Assembly (NCBI GenBank): GCA_951406725.2
Contig: OX597821.1
Location: 55,242,001 to 55,306,000 of the forward strand
Direction: 5' to 3'
DNA from: Octopus vulgaris
Lineage: Eukaryota
DNA: 64,000 nucleotides
Positions within the stretch are counted from its first letter, which is position 1. Each line of letters begins with the position of its first letter. Positions 41,451 through 54,160 of the stretch are shown here, in pieces. A model generated the notes under the pieces. The model saw only the letters and a list, made by a program, of their open reading frames with translations, had not been told where the DNA came from and searched no databases. The translations under genes were made by a program, and so were the position numbers.

Positions 41451-42382
41451 CATTAAGAAAGAGTACTAGGACTTAATTTGCCAGACATAAAAAGAATCTG
41501 TGCTGCAAGAATCATGAGATAAGCATTTCGAAATTAAATGTCCATAGCATTTAGCAGTTCTGTCATTGGAAAGTCACATTCCAAGAACAGTTCATGTTAT
41601 CACTGAAGTTGATCCAGGACGAGTGATTCTTGACGAAATGAACAGAAAATGCAGATTTATTTACGTGATGAGGTTACACTTAAATTAAATGGAAAAAGTA
41701 ACCACAACAGTTGTTCTTACTGGGTGCTTCATTTTCTATGGCAATAAAGATAAAGGCAACGGTTAAAAGTCGATAAATGGAGAGTTGTTATTGAACAAGA
41801 ATGTACACAAAAACAGAAAAATTATATTTCTTGATTGCGACTCCACTGCTCCGCGTTATCAGCAAAGCCTGCACCAAAACAGCTGTGGAAGAATTAAATT
41901 CCTAAAAGAATAAAATTCTTCAATAGATTCTGTTACATATTGAAAATGAAACGTATTTCAATAAACACTGACTTTATAATCCTTCAACGACTATATACAT
42001 TTTTGAGGGACACCATATTTGCATATATATTTACACGTGATTGCTTACTTGGAAATTGCTGATACTTACAGCTGCTTACGGGGTGATAGTGGGAGAGTGA
42101 GTTACTTAAGGGGAGGGAACAGCATCTCAGTTTATATATTTCCTGATTGTATCTTTATCTTTTTGCTATTAGCCGTTCCAGTACTCGTGGATAGGACCAT
42201 TTCGTAATTGTTCAGAGCTCCTAAGCATTACATAACTCGAGATCCTGAAATTAGTCTATAGTCATTTAAACATAAAAATTAAATGCAATCGATTTTTCTT
42301 TTTGTTTTTACCTCTTATAACAGAGGAAAAAGAAAGGGAAGGAGAGACAGAGGGATGAAAGGAAAAAGCCGCTTATATACAT

Positions 42383-42475
<93 letters not shown>

Positions 42476-42482
42476 TACATAC

Positions 42483-42519
<37 letters not shown>

Positions 42520-42710
42520 AGAGAGAAGGAGGGGGACACACACACATATACATATATACATAAATATACATATATTCTTCTATTTTTTATCATGTTCATC
42601 TCAAAGCTGCTACCATGCTGGCGATATATGTGTGTATATGTATACAAACACACACATACGTAAATGTCGAACGATGAAAATAAGTGCTCTACACCGCATT
42701 GAGGGTTATT

Positions 42711-42877
42711 TCTTCATTTGTGAAATAAGGCTACCATTGGTTTCATGTTAGAAAAGAGAAAAATATCCTAGTGTCTTAACAATCATATGATTGTCTTGAA
42801 AAATTGTTAAGACATTAGGATATTTTTCTACTTTTCTTAACATGAAACCAATGGGAGCTTTAATTCACAAATAAAGA
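42711..42877. repeat. ~167 bp hairpin with HHR-like arms
   Basis: Arms 42711-42783 and 42803-42877. Outward reading: TTGAAAA..tgttaaga...tcttaaca-t-GAAA-CCAATGG-(T/G)A-gc. Confidence 0.8.
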
Positions 42878-42879
42878 TA

Positions 42880-43256
42880 TCTCTCTCTATATAAACGGCA
42901 GTTTGTCTGTGCGTTTTCTGTGTGTCTGTTTTCTCGTACCCTCACTCTGACCACGGCTTTCAACCGATTCTGATGAAACTTGACACACACATAGCCCAAT
43001 GTCATAACTAACGCAGCGAAAATTTTGAAAAGTTCCCCCAGTTCTGAAAAAAATCGATAAATTCGACATGGGGTCGAGAATCAGAAACCCAAACCACAGA
43101 CCGTCTAGGGGACGCAACTCCACCTTTTTTAACTCTCAAAAAAAATTTACCATCATTTTTTTTCCATTTTTTTGCTATTTTTTGGCTATAACTCTCTAAA
43201 AATGCTTTATAGTTATTTCCCTTACAAACCTGAGCAACGCCGGGCGATACTGCTAG
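42880..43256 (+). mobile_element. Non-autonomous Helitron inserted between A and T
   Basis: A|TC start, 3' hairpin cctg-agcaacgc-cggg and CTAG|T end. Shares its 5' end with the 30372 copy. Confidence 0.88.
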
Positions 43257-43316
43257 TATATATATACACATATATATATATATGTATATATACATACACA
43301 CATAATGCACACACAT

Positions 43317-43357
<41 letters not shown>

Positions 43358-44799
43358 CATATAATATAATATAAATAATATATAAATATATGTATATATA
43401 CATACATATATGTACATACTTACATATATATATGTACAGAACATCAAAAGAACGTTGAAGACAATGCGAAAAGAAAACATAAAACCAAAAACATAGAAAT
43501 GAACTTATTTTTCGAACAACGAAAAAAACAGAGAAACGTGACATATATACATATATATAGATAGATAGAGAGAGAGATACCGAGAGAGCGTTTTGCGAGG
43601 ATAATTAAGGAATAAGTTCCCTGTGTACTTTATTGCATCCAGTCCCACTGAGTAAACAGACTATTGATTAAAACGCAGAACCCCACTCTGTCTCTCTCTC
43701 TTTCATTCTCTCTCCCTCTCATTCTATCTCTCTCTCTCTCTGCCGGACGTATCCAAGTTAAACCGGACTTTCACGACTGTCTACTCGAATTTACCTCACG
43801 AAGAGAGGAAGTTGCCTAGAGCTACTTATGAAAAATGTTATAATAATAATGATAGACGCTGATTCTAATCATTTACGTACGAATACATTTACTACTGGCA
43901 TGTATTGAATATCGTAAATATTAAGCCTGTTTCTATGCAAATTAATTGTGACAACACAGATTGTATCACTAGAACTGGCGACCCTAATCATTTTGACACC
44001 ACAAATTTTGACCACAGAAATAGAAAATTCATTCAGTCAGATATTCCAATAGAAATTGTCTTTGACTATATTCATATATCTCACCACACCAATGAAATTA
44101 ATACTGAGTCTATGTCAACAACTGATAATTATAAAGAAGTTATTTAGAATTTATCGACACGTATGGTGTCGCACTACATTAGTATTTAACGCGCTGTTAG
44201 CGTACATATTGGTATTTAAGTAAAATTTACTTGTTTCTTTCTTTTCTTCTTTTTTCTTATAAATTCGATTTTCTTTTTCATAAATCATCAGAGAGTTTTA
44301 CTTTCTCTGATAAGCTCTTTGTTTTATAAAATAATCAAATTATGGTAACTAATGACATCTAAACAGTCATTAAAATAGTTATTATTCTGTCAATGACGAA
44401 CGTCAGTGAAACTCTTTCTTTCTTATTCCTGTTTACTTCCACATTATATATGCAAAGAGATTGGCAGTAGGTTCTCTTGCAGCAAAAAAAAAAAAAGGAA
44501 AAATCACACTTTGAGGTATTTATATTTAATTCTTGAAGGAGACAGACAGACTAACAGAGAGTGAGAGAGAGAGGCTGTACCAATAAATTAACACTTTCTT
44601 ATTGATAGATTCTTGACAATCCTAACCCAGTCAATCAATGCACGAGTGCGTGCATGTGTATGTACATGTGTGTAGTTGTGAGGTGGGGCAGGCTTTGTCT
44701 GAATGAAGGAGCTTAGCTCAAAACATTTGCAGGTCTTGGAGCTATATTTTTCTTTTAAAATGTAGCATATCGGCAACGGCGGAACAAAAAAATTATGCA

Positions 44800-45560
44800 A
44801 CGAGAAGATTCTTGTAGGTCGAAGATCTTGTGAGGAAGGATTGAACACATTGGCTAGTGCTAGTCTGGAACACAGTGTACAAACGCAAAGCATGTGATGT
44901 GATAATGGACTAGCAACTTGATAGTTCCTGAGTGAAAGTGGTATAAAGCAAAAAAGTTCTGAAGAAAAGCTGTCACACCAGTAGAAGTGGAATAGGCCAT
45001 CATAGAAAATATCTCGTCTGAGAGCAAGAGATCGGACTGTGTTGAACAATTACATGCCATTTAATTAGGTGACATTTCTTAAGACGCTGTCCATTATAGA
45101 AGCGGTAGTAGTAGCACTGTTCTACATGTGGGAGGTATAATCTATTGTGGGCCTCACCTGAGCCATTGAGAGAGTTACTAGTTCTTGATAGGAGGTGTAA
45201 ATTCTAGTTTTAAAGAGAAATACTAGTCTTTGTGTTGTAATTTTGTTTAAGATCAGGAGATATTTTAGGTAAATGTGCAGATCAGAAAATATCTTTAGAT
45301 ACACGGGGTCCTCTTTTTGAAGTGACCGTGAAAGTTCTAGATTCGTAATATCTTTGCTTAAGTTGGGTGGTATTCAATACTATTTTCGTGTTGTGGAAGA
45401 GGACAAGAATGATATAGGCCTACAGAAGGATATGAGGTCCCTGTTCATACATCTTGTGCTTACATATATATTCAATGTGTAGTATTTAGGTTGGATGTGA
45501 ATACTGTTTCAGCATAGAAGTGAAAGGAGGAATGAAAGGTGGTGTCAAATGAGTATGAGT
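44800..45560 (-). mobile_element. Highly degenerate Jockey/CR1-group LINE ORF2 remnant
   Basis: Minus: AQVRPTIDYTSHM and LRRDI..LFHFY...FSSEL. Confidence 0.6.
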
Positions 45561-46332
45561 AGGAGTTGTTAAGTGGATAGAAGTAGGCCATTAATTTGTA
45601 GAAGGCTACTTCCACTATTTAGTTACTACTGTGTGAGTCAAAGAGAAAACCTCAGTTGATTTTGCAATTTTACAAGAAACCATTGGTCAAGAAACGTGAG
45701 GCTGACAGAAGACGCAAGCAAATATTTTTACCACTCTACTCGCGTAATAAAGCACATTTATCAACCTGTCTAAACTTGAACACAACACTGACTAAATCAC
45801 ACTCCCCAATGTTAGTATCAACTTCCACCTACAACCGAAACACCACGTAAACAAGAAAGTTAAAATCAAGCAACGATACCAGAAACTTTAAAAAATGAAA
45901 GAGAAAAAACATCATCAGCGTAGATGATAATCATGAAGACCTACTTCAGGAGGAATGTAATAACAGTAGAGTCTCACAAAATAACAAATAACTGAATAAA
46001 TTTTTTTTTAAAAGCACCACAGGACTTGAAAGAATACAACATAAACAAGAGTAAGAGTTACAAAAGTAATACTTTGTAATCATGGATACAGAAGAATACA
46101 ATACAAAAGTGATTAATTTACCCAGAGACAAAAAGATTAACAAACAAGAAAATAACACAAAGCAGCTAAAAGGAAAATTAAATTATTTTCAATAATAAAT
46201 CCACAAATAGTATCACCTCATTTTCCACGCATTGAAAGAGAATATATATATATCACGAAAGAGATAGAGAGAGGGAGAGAGAGAGAGAAAACGAGCGGTG
46301 GGGAGAGATACATATATATATATGTATATTGG

Positions 46333-46411
<79 letters not shown>

Positions 46412-46599
46412 GTGTGTATATGTGTGTATGTATGTATGTATGTATGCATATGAATATATACACACATACACACAAATCACAGTAAAAATACTGAAAACAC
46501 GTGCGCACAAGCACACCTAATCTAAGAATAACACAAATATACATGCCAACTTCCAGTCGCCGAAACAAATAAACAAATACATAGGATTATCTTAAAATA

Positions 46600-47400
46600 G
46601 ACTCAAAAAAATACTGAATAAAGTTATCTGATGAATGTTTACAAATCTTAAAAGAAACTAATACATTAGGTACCTCTTCAACCTTAGATTATGAAAAAGT
46701 TTTCAAGTTTCTAGAGACAGAAATTATAGAAATCATTTTAATTAACTTATATCAACAACCATACATAAAAACACTGTCTATATCAGCAAACACGGAAAAA
46801 CAACTAATTATGATATGCACGAATGAAGTGTCTTTTCGCTGCACATAGGGTATCTCATCCAAATAAAAAGGAGTAGCTACGAGTTTCCCTAAAATCTACG
46901 TTTGCATCATTTTGTAACAATAGCAAACAATGATTCCAAAACATAAACTTATATATGCACCAGATGCATTGATGATGTAATAGTTATAATGAATACACTT
47001 AATGAAATTGAGAACCTAAAGGGAGACTTGAGACACTACTGTGGACTAAAATTTAGCATCCTGAATAATGAGACTCCGTTTATAAATATATACATAGAAA
47101 ACAAAATGAACAGAAGAACTCAAGTATATTCGAAAGATTTAAACCAAAGTATGTACTTACACAGAGGCACAAATTGCATCACACTCAACCGTAAACTTCA
47201 AGACAATAAACTACAAAAATACCTATCAATAACATACTACAAAAATTCGTGGTCAGGAACAAAGTGCGGTCGACCAACGTCATCTATAAATTTGATTGTA
47301 AATCCTAAATTTGCAAACCTCAGGATACTGTTACATCGGATAGGCCAGTACAACTCTCTCTCACGTAGACTCGCTACATAGGCGCAATATGGTGCAATTG
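46600..47400 (+). mobile_element. Degenerate PLE reverse transcriptase remnant
   Basis: QLIMICTNEVSF, KGVAT, RCIDDV (RYVDD-like), LKFS...PFINI, TQVYSK. Confidence 0.6.
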
Positions 47401-47905
47401 CACATTAAACCACGTAACACAAGACGAAATTAAATATAAAAGTAATAGTGGAAAATAGTTACCTTCTTGTTAAATTCCATACAAGAAGAAAAGATTTATT
47501 AAAGAGAGTACACATATGTCGCCATGCAATGTCAAAATTAACACGCATCATACACATCAAAGAATTTACATATGGCTGCTGAGAGAAGAAAATCTCTTAG
47601 CAGTTAAATTTTCACCAACAATAAATAACAGATCAACACGAATGCTAACGGTCAATGAACTTTAGGCGGGAAAATCTATACCAATTTCAATCAGTATATA
47701 ACAATAGACACAAGTAGCAAATCTGTACACTTCAATTCTTGATGAGACACGGAAAGGCTAAAAATTAGATATATAGATTTAGGAACTTCACACTTCCAAA
47801 GTAACTGTAAAAAGCTAATTAGCAAATATGGAAAATTCAAAATAAAAATAGATATCTTGAAAAGTGTCTGTATAAAAAAGAAAAGGCTGTTCGACATATG
47901 TGCGA

Positions 47906-47959
<54 letters not shown>

Positions 47960-48063
47960 GTAGACATATATGTATATATATATACACGAAGGTACATACA
48001 TATATGTATACAACTATATCTATCTAGCTAGCTAGCTATCTATCTATATATGTGTGTGTGTGT

Positions 48064-48312
48064 GGAGGTGCGTGACGTAGTGGTTAGGGTGTCAGCATCA
48101 TGATCGTAAGATTGTGTTTTCGATACTTGGACCGGGTGACGCGTTGTCTTCTTGAGCAAAACACCTCATTTCACGTTGCTCCAGTCCACTCAACTGGCAA
48201 AAAATTAGTAACGCTGCGATGGAGTGGCGTCCCGTCCAACTGGGGAACACATACGCCATTGAAACCGAGAAACCGGGCCCACGAGCCTGGTTAGGCTTTT
48301 AAAAGGGCGCAG
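48064..48312 (+). mobile_element. tRNA-derived SINE with Meta-like domain
   Basis: A box gacgtagtggtta, core ttgagcaaaacac, and ctgcgatggagtggcgtcccgtcca resembling the MetaSINE domain as I recall it. Confidence 0.75.
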
Positions 48313-48313
48313 T

Positions 48314-48359
<46 letters not shown>

Positions 48360-48360
48360 T

Positions 48361-48550
48361 AGGGAAAGTTTACGAAAGAAAAAACAAAAGACGAAGACAG
48401 GTGGTGTACAAAACAAACAGATGTATTAGTATAACGCTCAGGAATAGAAAAAACTCTTTTATGTTTCGAGCCTACACTCTTCTACAGAAAGGTACACAGA
48501 AAAAACAAGGAGAGAAAAAATATGTGTAGTGGCTAACGATCTATCGTGGC
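48361..48550 (-). mobile_element. Short HHR-bearing unit, family A, copy 3 (HHR 48457-48490)
   Basis: Minus: ttt-CTGTAGA-A-GAGT-gtag-GCTC-GAAA-CA-TA-aaa. The 3' end abuts (TA)n. Confidence 0.75.
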
Positions 48551-48674
48551 CCTTTTATAAACTTCTCTCTGGACATCCAGAGCCCTTACACTGTGAGGAC
48601 TTATATATATATAGTTTAAAGTTCCAATAGAAGTAGAATCAACAACAAAAGCACTCCATCCAGTCTGAGATAAT

Positions 48675-49463
48675 TAACAATTTAAACACACACCCAAAAG
48701 TACTACTAATAGTTTCAAGCTAGTATCATACTTGAACAGGCATATTTATGAAATATTCCATATATCTTAAAGCAATATTACATCTTCAAGAAGCATACTA
48801 AGATATACTTTATTTGTTGGTATGGCTACATTTTTAGGGAGTAATCCATAGCATATAGATACATAATAGTGTGTATAAATTTTGGGAGAATCAGTAGTCA
48901 TATAATTTTAGGTGGCTATACGCCAAACAAAGTAGAAGCTATTTGTATATACCTCCAAATACACACATGGGTTTCTACTGAAAATTCAGTTTCCACATTG
49001 TTTGGCGTATAGCCACGTAAAGTTGAGTAACTCTAAAGTTTTTTTCAAAAAGGAATACACACTATTATGAATCTATATGCTATGAATTACTCGATAAAAT
49101 TGTGTCTTTACCAACAGATAAACTATACCTTAGGATGCTTCTAGAGAAAGTAAGATTGGCTAAGATATCTGGCATATTTTATAAATATACCTGTTCAAGT
49201 ATGATAATAGCATGAAAATATTAGTAGCTCTTTCGGTTGTATATTTTAATTGTTATATATATATGACAATTGTTATACATATATATATATATAACAATTA
49301 AAATATACAACCGAAAGAGCTACTAATATTTTCATGCTATTATCATACTTGAACAGGTATATTTATAAAATATGCCAGATATCTTAGCGCAATCTTACTT
49401 TCTCTAGAAGCATCCTAAGGTATAGTTTATTTGTTGGTAAAGACACAGTTTTATCGAGTAATT
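48675..49463. repeat. Nested fold-back: diverged ~265 bp inverted arms plus a near-perfect 171 bp inverted duplication
   Basis: 48675-48940 vs 48988-49255 are diverged. 49085-49255 vs 49292-49463 show ~3 differences by eye. Confidence 0.92.
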
Positions 49464-49483
49464 ATATATATATATATATATAT

Positions 49484-49767
<284 letters not shown>

Positions 49768-49824
49768 TATATATACACACATATATAAATATATACATAT
49801 ATATATATATACATATATATATAC

Positions 49825-49873
<49 letters not shown>

Positions 49874-49878
49874 ATTTG

Positions 49879-50047
49879 TAGTAATAGAATTCATATTTAC
49901 TGACCTGTATCTGCTACCAATGGTTTCACGCGCTCATATGTACGATCTTCAGGGGAATGACTAAGTCATTCTCCTGAAGACCGTACACATGTGGGCGTGA
50001 AAATAATGGTAGCAGATACAGGTGAGAATATATAAATTCCATTACTA
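49879..50047. repeat. 169 bp palindrome with one HHR motif per strand (49911-49955 minus; 49971-50015 plus)
   Basis: Centre gactaagtc. Both arms read outward CTGAAGA...GAAA-(CCATTG/ATAATG)-GTA-gcag. Confidence 0.85.
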
Positions 50048-50167
50048 ATAGACTCTCGTGAGATTGAGTACTTTTGTTTTGACCTCATTTAGATCTATTT
50101 TTATATCTATTCTAGTCGAACATATATGCGTGTATGTGTGTATAAACAGCCATGCTCAACGTGTTAC

Positions 50168-50385
50168 TGTAAAAGAAAAAATATACTTTGTCACTAAATG
50201 CGACTAAGGGTGTCAGGACAACTAAACTGCTAGAAATAGGTGCTAAAATGCAATAATGCTGTAGCAAAAGTGCATAATTGCATACGATGCATTTTCGGAC
50301 TTGAGCATTTTCGCTCTTATTTCTAGGAGTGTAGGTAATCTGACGCGTTTAGTCGGATTTAGGGGAAATTATATTTTTCCTAAGA
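50168..50385. repeat. Degenerate inverted repeat (~80 bp arms), related to the direct repeats at 19432 and 19765
   Basis: ctaaatgcgactaagggtgtcag..ctagaaatagg versus its reverse complement at ~50305-50380. Confidence 0.6.
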
Positions 50386-50689
50386 CAAAATACGACCTTA
50401 CATGGTCCATACTTTGACACGCGAGTCCCTATAGTAGTATATCCCGAAAATGCCAATTATGCTCCGAGAAGTCACTCTCCATAATGTTAACAAAGGAGCG
50501 TATTATAAATGAATTTACTGAACAATTACCTAGAGGCCTACACGCAGCTGAACACACATTCACATATTACAATCCAGATCATACATAACTTGATATATAC
50601 ATGGCGCCCACAACTGTTAATACACTTCAGGAACCATATTTGAATAACTTGTATTTCACATGTGATCTTGTAATCTAGATCCATATCTG

Positions 50690-50757
<68 letters not shown>

Positions 50758-50973
50758 TTTGTTGAAATAGAAAGATGAATTTTCTTGTAACAGATTATTC
50801 AAAGGTTTAACCGATACCTGGGTAGCAAAAATCACAGCGGAAAACAGCACGGTTGGAGATAAGACCATTTGGTGTTGCAACCGTGCGTTGGAGCGGATAA
50901 TTGAAGTTTAATATTATTAGTGAATGGAATAAATGGAGTTGAACGAAGATTGTACAGAATACCTTTTATTACA

Positions 50974-51053
50974 TTCTACACATGTTTCGAAGGCCACAAA
51001 TTTCCAAATTCTGTTTAGATAAGGGTACCATATTGCGGCTTTCTCTTCAGGAA
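50974..51053 (-). ncRNA. Type I hammerhead ribozyme in pLTR, intact core
   Basis: ttc-CTGAAGA-gaaagccgcaa...ttgtggccttc-GAAA-CATGT-GTA-gaa. Confidence 0.82.
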
Positions 51054-51638
51054 AAAAAACAGGAATTCCGTTGACAGGACAAAACAAAACAGAGGCACAG
51101 CAATTCGAACGAAGATGCTCCTTAGGAGCCCATGGCTGAACTGTCTATCAATGTACGTTGAAATCGGGGATTTGGTGCGTTGAAGATATCTACAGGTCAG
51201 GCGGCGGTCAGATCTAGTCGTTGGAAGCAAGGGGTGTGGGGATGCTCTGTGTGACCAACACTAATGTTCTGAAAAATTTAAGAATACTGGGTGTATTTTT
51301 GGGGGCGAGCCAAAAGCCTCCTATAAGCAAGTATGTGTGTGATGGCCCATGTGTGCGTGGTCGTGTGCTGGCGAGGGGGGGCTACAAAATGACAACTGCT
51401 GAAAAAACCAGTCAAGCGGCTGAAAGAATTTTTTGTGTTCGTGTGTTCGACTCGGCCTGCTTGTCAAAAATTTAACATCGTCAAAGAATCCTAAGGGCAT
51501 ATATAGTTCCACGCCTAATGGGAGTAATTTCCCCTTGCAAGGGTTATTCATAGATTTCTTAAAAAGCTTTTCCAAAAAATTATTTCCGAAGATTATATTA
51601 ATTTTAGTAGGGTAACAAGGTGTTAATTGTCTTAGGTA

Positions 51639-53012
51639 TCATTTATATGTAAGATATGTATGACGCCTCCAATGGGGACATCGAAAAGCCGACTGTAAAA
51701 GACTATTTACCAACCGGTCTCTGGCGAACAATATGTGGAAAAGCTCAGAGATACAAAGATTGCACCGCCTTCTGCCCCTATCAAATGGGAGGGTCACCGA
51801 CAAAATCGACCATTCCAGCCTAAAAGCTGAATTCGCGTTCTTCAAACGCCATATAAGCTTGCTAAGTCCCGTAGCTTGGTATTTATTCACGTCGCGAAAA
51901 GTTGCGAAATGGTTCGAAATTCTCAAGGACAATTTTGACGATGAGGCCCCGACATACGAGTAGACATCTGAATCCGTGTAAATCTTGCATTGGTAAATGG
52001 CATTTCTGATCTTGGAGTTACTCGACAAGAACCTTATTCTATTGGGATTAGCTTCTGATATTAAAACTGCGTTACTGTTACTATATTGATTGTGAGAACT
52101 GCGGCCGCTTACTACTTTATATTCCTCATTATTAATTAACGGACCAACCCCTGTGTCTTCCCTATCACTGAGAGCGCTGTAATTGCTAGTATCCGTGGAC
52201 CTGCTATTCCCGGAAACGATGCTAAAATTGCTATTAGGACTCTCTACATTAATGACCCGAACAGCGCTCACCTGACTATTATCATTACTAACGCTAATGA
52301 CATCCCCATTACTTCTATCGCTAAACCTATTATTTAATCCCTGGCTGGTACTGAGGTTATCAGTCACTGTACTGGCGCTTTTATCATTATTACTGTTATT
52401 ATTCCTACTGCGCGTTAATCTGGGATCAGACGGAGCTGCGTCCCCGGACAAAGGTGGTAGGGTCTTACTAAGCAGCCTATTATTATGGGAGGCGATTATC
52501 TGGGAAAGGTTTTTTGTGTTGGAGAAAGCTATTCTAACTTTATGTGAATTAACCGTGGAGTAATATTTGGAATTTCTGGGGAAGTTACTGGCAATGGCCT
52601 GTCGAAACAGGAGGAGAAGGTTAGTTCTAATCTGCTTCCCAAAGGGGATTACAAACCAGATATGCTTATTCCTATTTTTATGATGGGTCGGGAGGCCAGC
52701 TCTGCCATTAGGGTAGGTGATTCTAGGATGAATAAAGGGTTTTGGTTTAGTGTGACCTCCCCCGGACCGAAAATTATCTATGTTCCCTAAATTAAATCCG
52801 GAGGTACCTGCTCCAACACTCCCCCCGCTCCCGTCACTCCTTAAATTATTTATGTTATTATAGACGGCCCTATCCTGATGACCGAATGGAGGCATCGGAA
52901 GGGCTGGATCAATATATACTACCTTCTGCTTATAACCGGCTTTGGATAGTGCGGCGTTATAAAATTCCGCTTTCTGCATAAAAATGTCGACACTAGCGGA
53001 CAAGTTAGACAA
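51639..53012 (-). CDS. PLE ORF C-terminal part: RT thumb, expanded low-complexity linker and GIY-YIG endonuclease (457 open codons, no natural start)
   Basis: HIWFVIPF...NFP...AFSNTKNL..IIASHN, AIYQC...YVGAS..RISNH, LSKLIW, CNLCISE, CPH. Confidence 0.8.
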   Translation of the reverse strand: MSNLSASVDIFMQKAEFYNAALSKAGYKQKVVYIDPALPMPPFGHQDRAVYNNINNLRSDGSGGSVGAGTSGFNLGNIDNFRSGGGHTKPKPFIHPRITYPNGRAGLPTHHKNRNKHIWFVIPFGKQIRTNLLLLFRQAIASNFPRNSKYYSTVNSHKVRIAFSNTKNLSQIIASHNNRLLSKTLPPLSGDAAPSDPRLTRSRNNNSNNDKSASTVTDNLSTSQGLNNRFSDRSNGDVISVSNDNSQVSAVRVINVESPNSNFSIVSGNSRSTDTSNYSALSDREDTGVGPLINNEEYKVVSGRSSHNQYSNSNAVLISEANPNRIRFLSSNSKIRNAIYQCKIYTDSDVYSYVGASSSKLSLRISNHFATFRDVNKYQATGLSKLIWRLKNANSAFRLEWSILSVTLPFDRGRRRCNLCISELFHILFARDRLVNSLLQSAFRCPHWRRHTYLTYK

Positions 53013-53153
53013 TCTTAGAGAGATGTTTTAACCAAATTGTCTGTTACGGTTTTGGCATGATTGGAGAAGACACTGACATACTTCAAATTAGTGGAAGGTA
53101 TTCTGTACAATCTTCGTTCAACTCCATTTATTCCATTTACTAATAATATATAT

Positions 53154-53220
<67 letters not shown>

Positions 53221-53224
<4 letters not shown>

Positions 53225-53383
53225 ACCCAAACAAGAAAGCACAAAAAACACAACAACGCGAGGACGTGGAACAAATATAGAATTATTGGACGCTCAGGAA
53301 AGAAGGAAAGAAGGAGGGTTTAACATTTCGAGCGGAGCTCTTCGTCGGAAACATAGAAGGAAAGATCCAGAGAAGGGAAGACA
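53221..53383 (-). mobile_element. Short HHR-bearing unit, family B, copy 3 (HHR 53318-53352)
   Basis: Minus: gttt-CCGACGA-A-GAGC-tcc-GCTC-GAAA-TG-TT-aaac. The 3' end abuts (TA)n. Confidence 0.8.
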
Positions 53384-53502
53384 CATATATATATATACAT
53401 ACATGTATGTGTGTATATACGTGTGTGTATGTGCATATATGTGTACGTGTATGAGTGTGTGCGTGCGTGTGTGCGTATGTATGTGTATGTGTATGTATAT
53501 GC

Positions 53503-53539
<37 letters not shown>

Positions 53540-54118
53540 CTTATGTGTATATGTGAATGTATTAATACGTGTGTGTGTGTGGGTGTGTGGGTGTCAAACT
53601 TTGCACAGACCTCTGTATGTTGCTTTATGTAGGAATATATACATCTATTTACCTATGCTGTGTACGTATATTTATGTATATATACACTTGTGTACCTGCA
53701 TATATGAGTTCCTACACATATATATGTATGCATTTGTCCATACGTGTGAGTATGCGCGTGTATCTAGTTATAAGTATATACCTATATACATGGATGTGCG
53801 TGTGTGAGCGTTTATATATATGTGCGTATATATATTTATCTGTGTATGTATATGTGCGTCTAAGCACGAACACAAAAAAATTTCGTCTAAGTATTATCTT
53901 CCTTTCAATTTCTACATCCTTTTTTTTTTCTTGACAGTTACAACAGCGAGGGCTCATTACGTCATTTTCTCTAAACTAGAATGTATAATTTTCAAGTTCA
54001 TCTTTGGATTATTTTGCGTTTCAATTTTTCTGTTTTTTACTCATTCTTGAAGTTGATGGACATATGGCTGGACGTAAAACAGAACCACAAAATCTCTAGT
54101 AAGCCTTTTGTTATTGAT

Positions 54119-54160
54119 GTACACGAAGAGACACAGAACAGGTCGAAAAATGTGTCGTAC
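54119..54160 (+). ncRNA. Degenerate solo hammerhead motif
   Basis: gtac-ACGAAGA-gac...gtc-GAAA-AATGT-GTC-gtac. C3 and U4 are altered. Confidence 0.55.

Larger units (their letters stand above)
50909..53148 (-). mobile_element. Young Nematis-type PLE, 5'-truncated in the RT thumb, with a ~55 bp inverted copy of its 3' terminus at the 5' junction
   Basis: 50911-50965 is the reverse complement of 53095-53148. The RT thumb LKYVSVFSNH starts at ~53092. Confidence 0.9.

Noticed and set aside
49186-49230. Hammerhead-like motif in the large fold-back arms (CTGTTCA...GAAA-(C/A)TATTAG-TA)
   Set aside because: The 3' half fits, but the core lacks both A6 and G8 in all arms and stem I is inconsistent.
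50909-53148. Novel DNA transposon with a GIY-YIG transposase
   Set aside because: The RT-thumb remnant, HHR-bearing pLTR and known inverted-pLTR junctions explain it as a truncated PLE.
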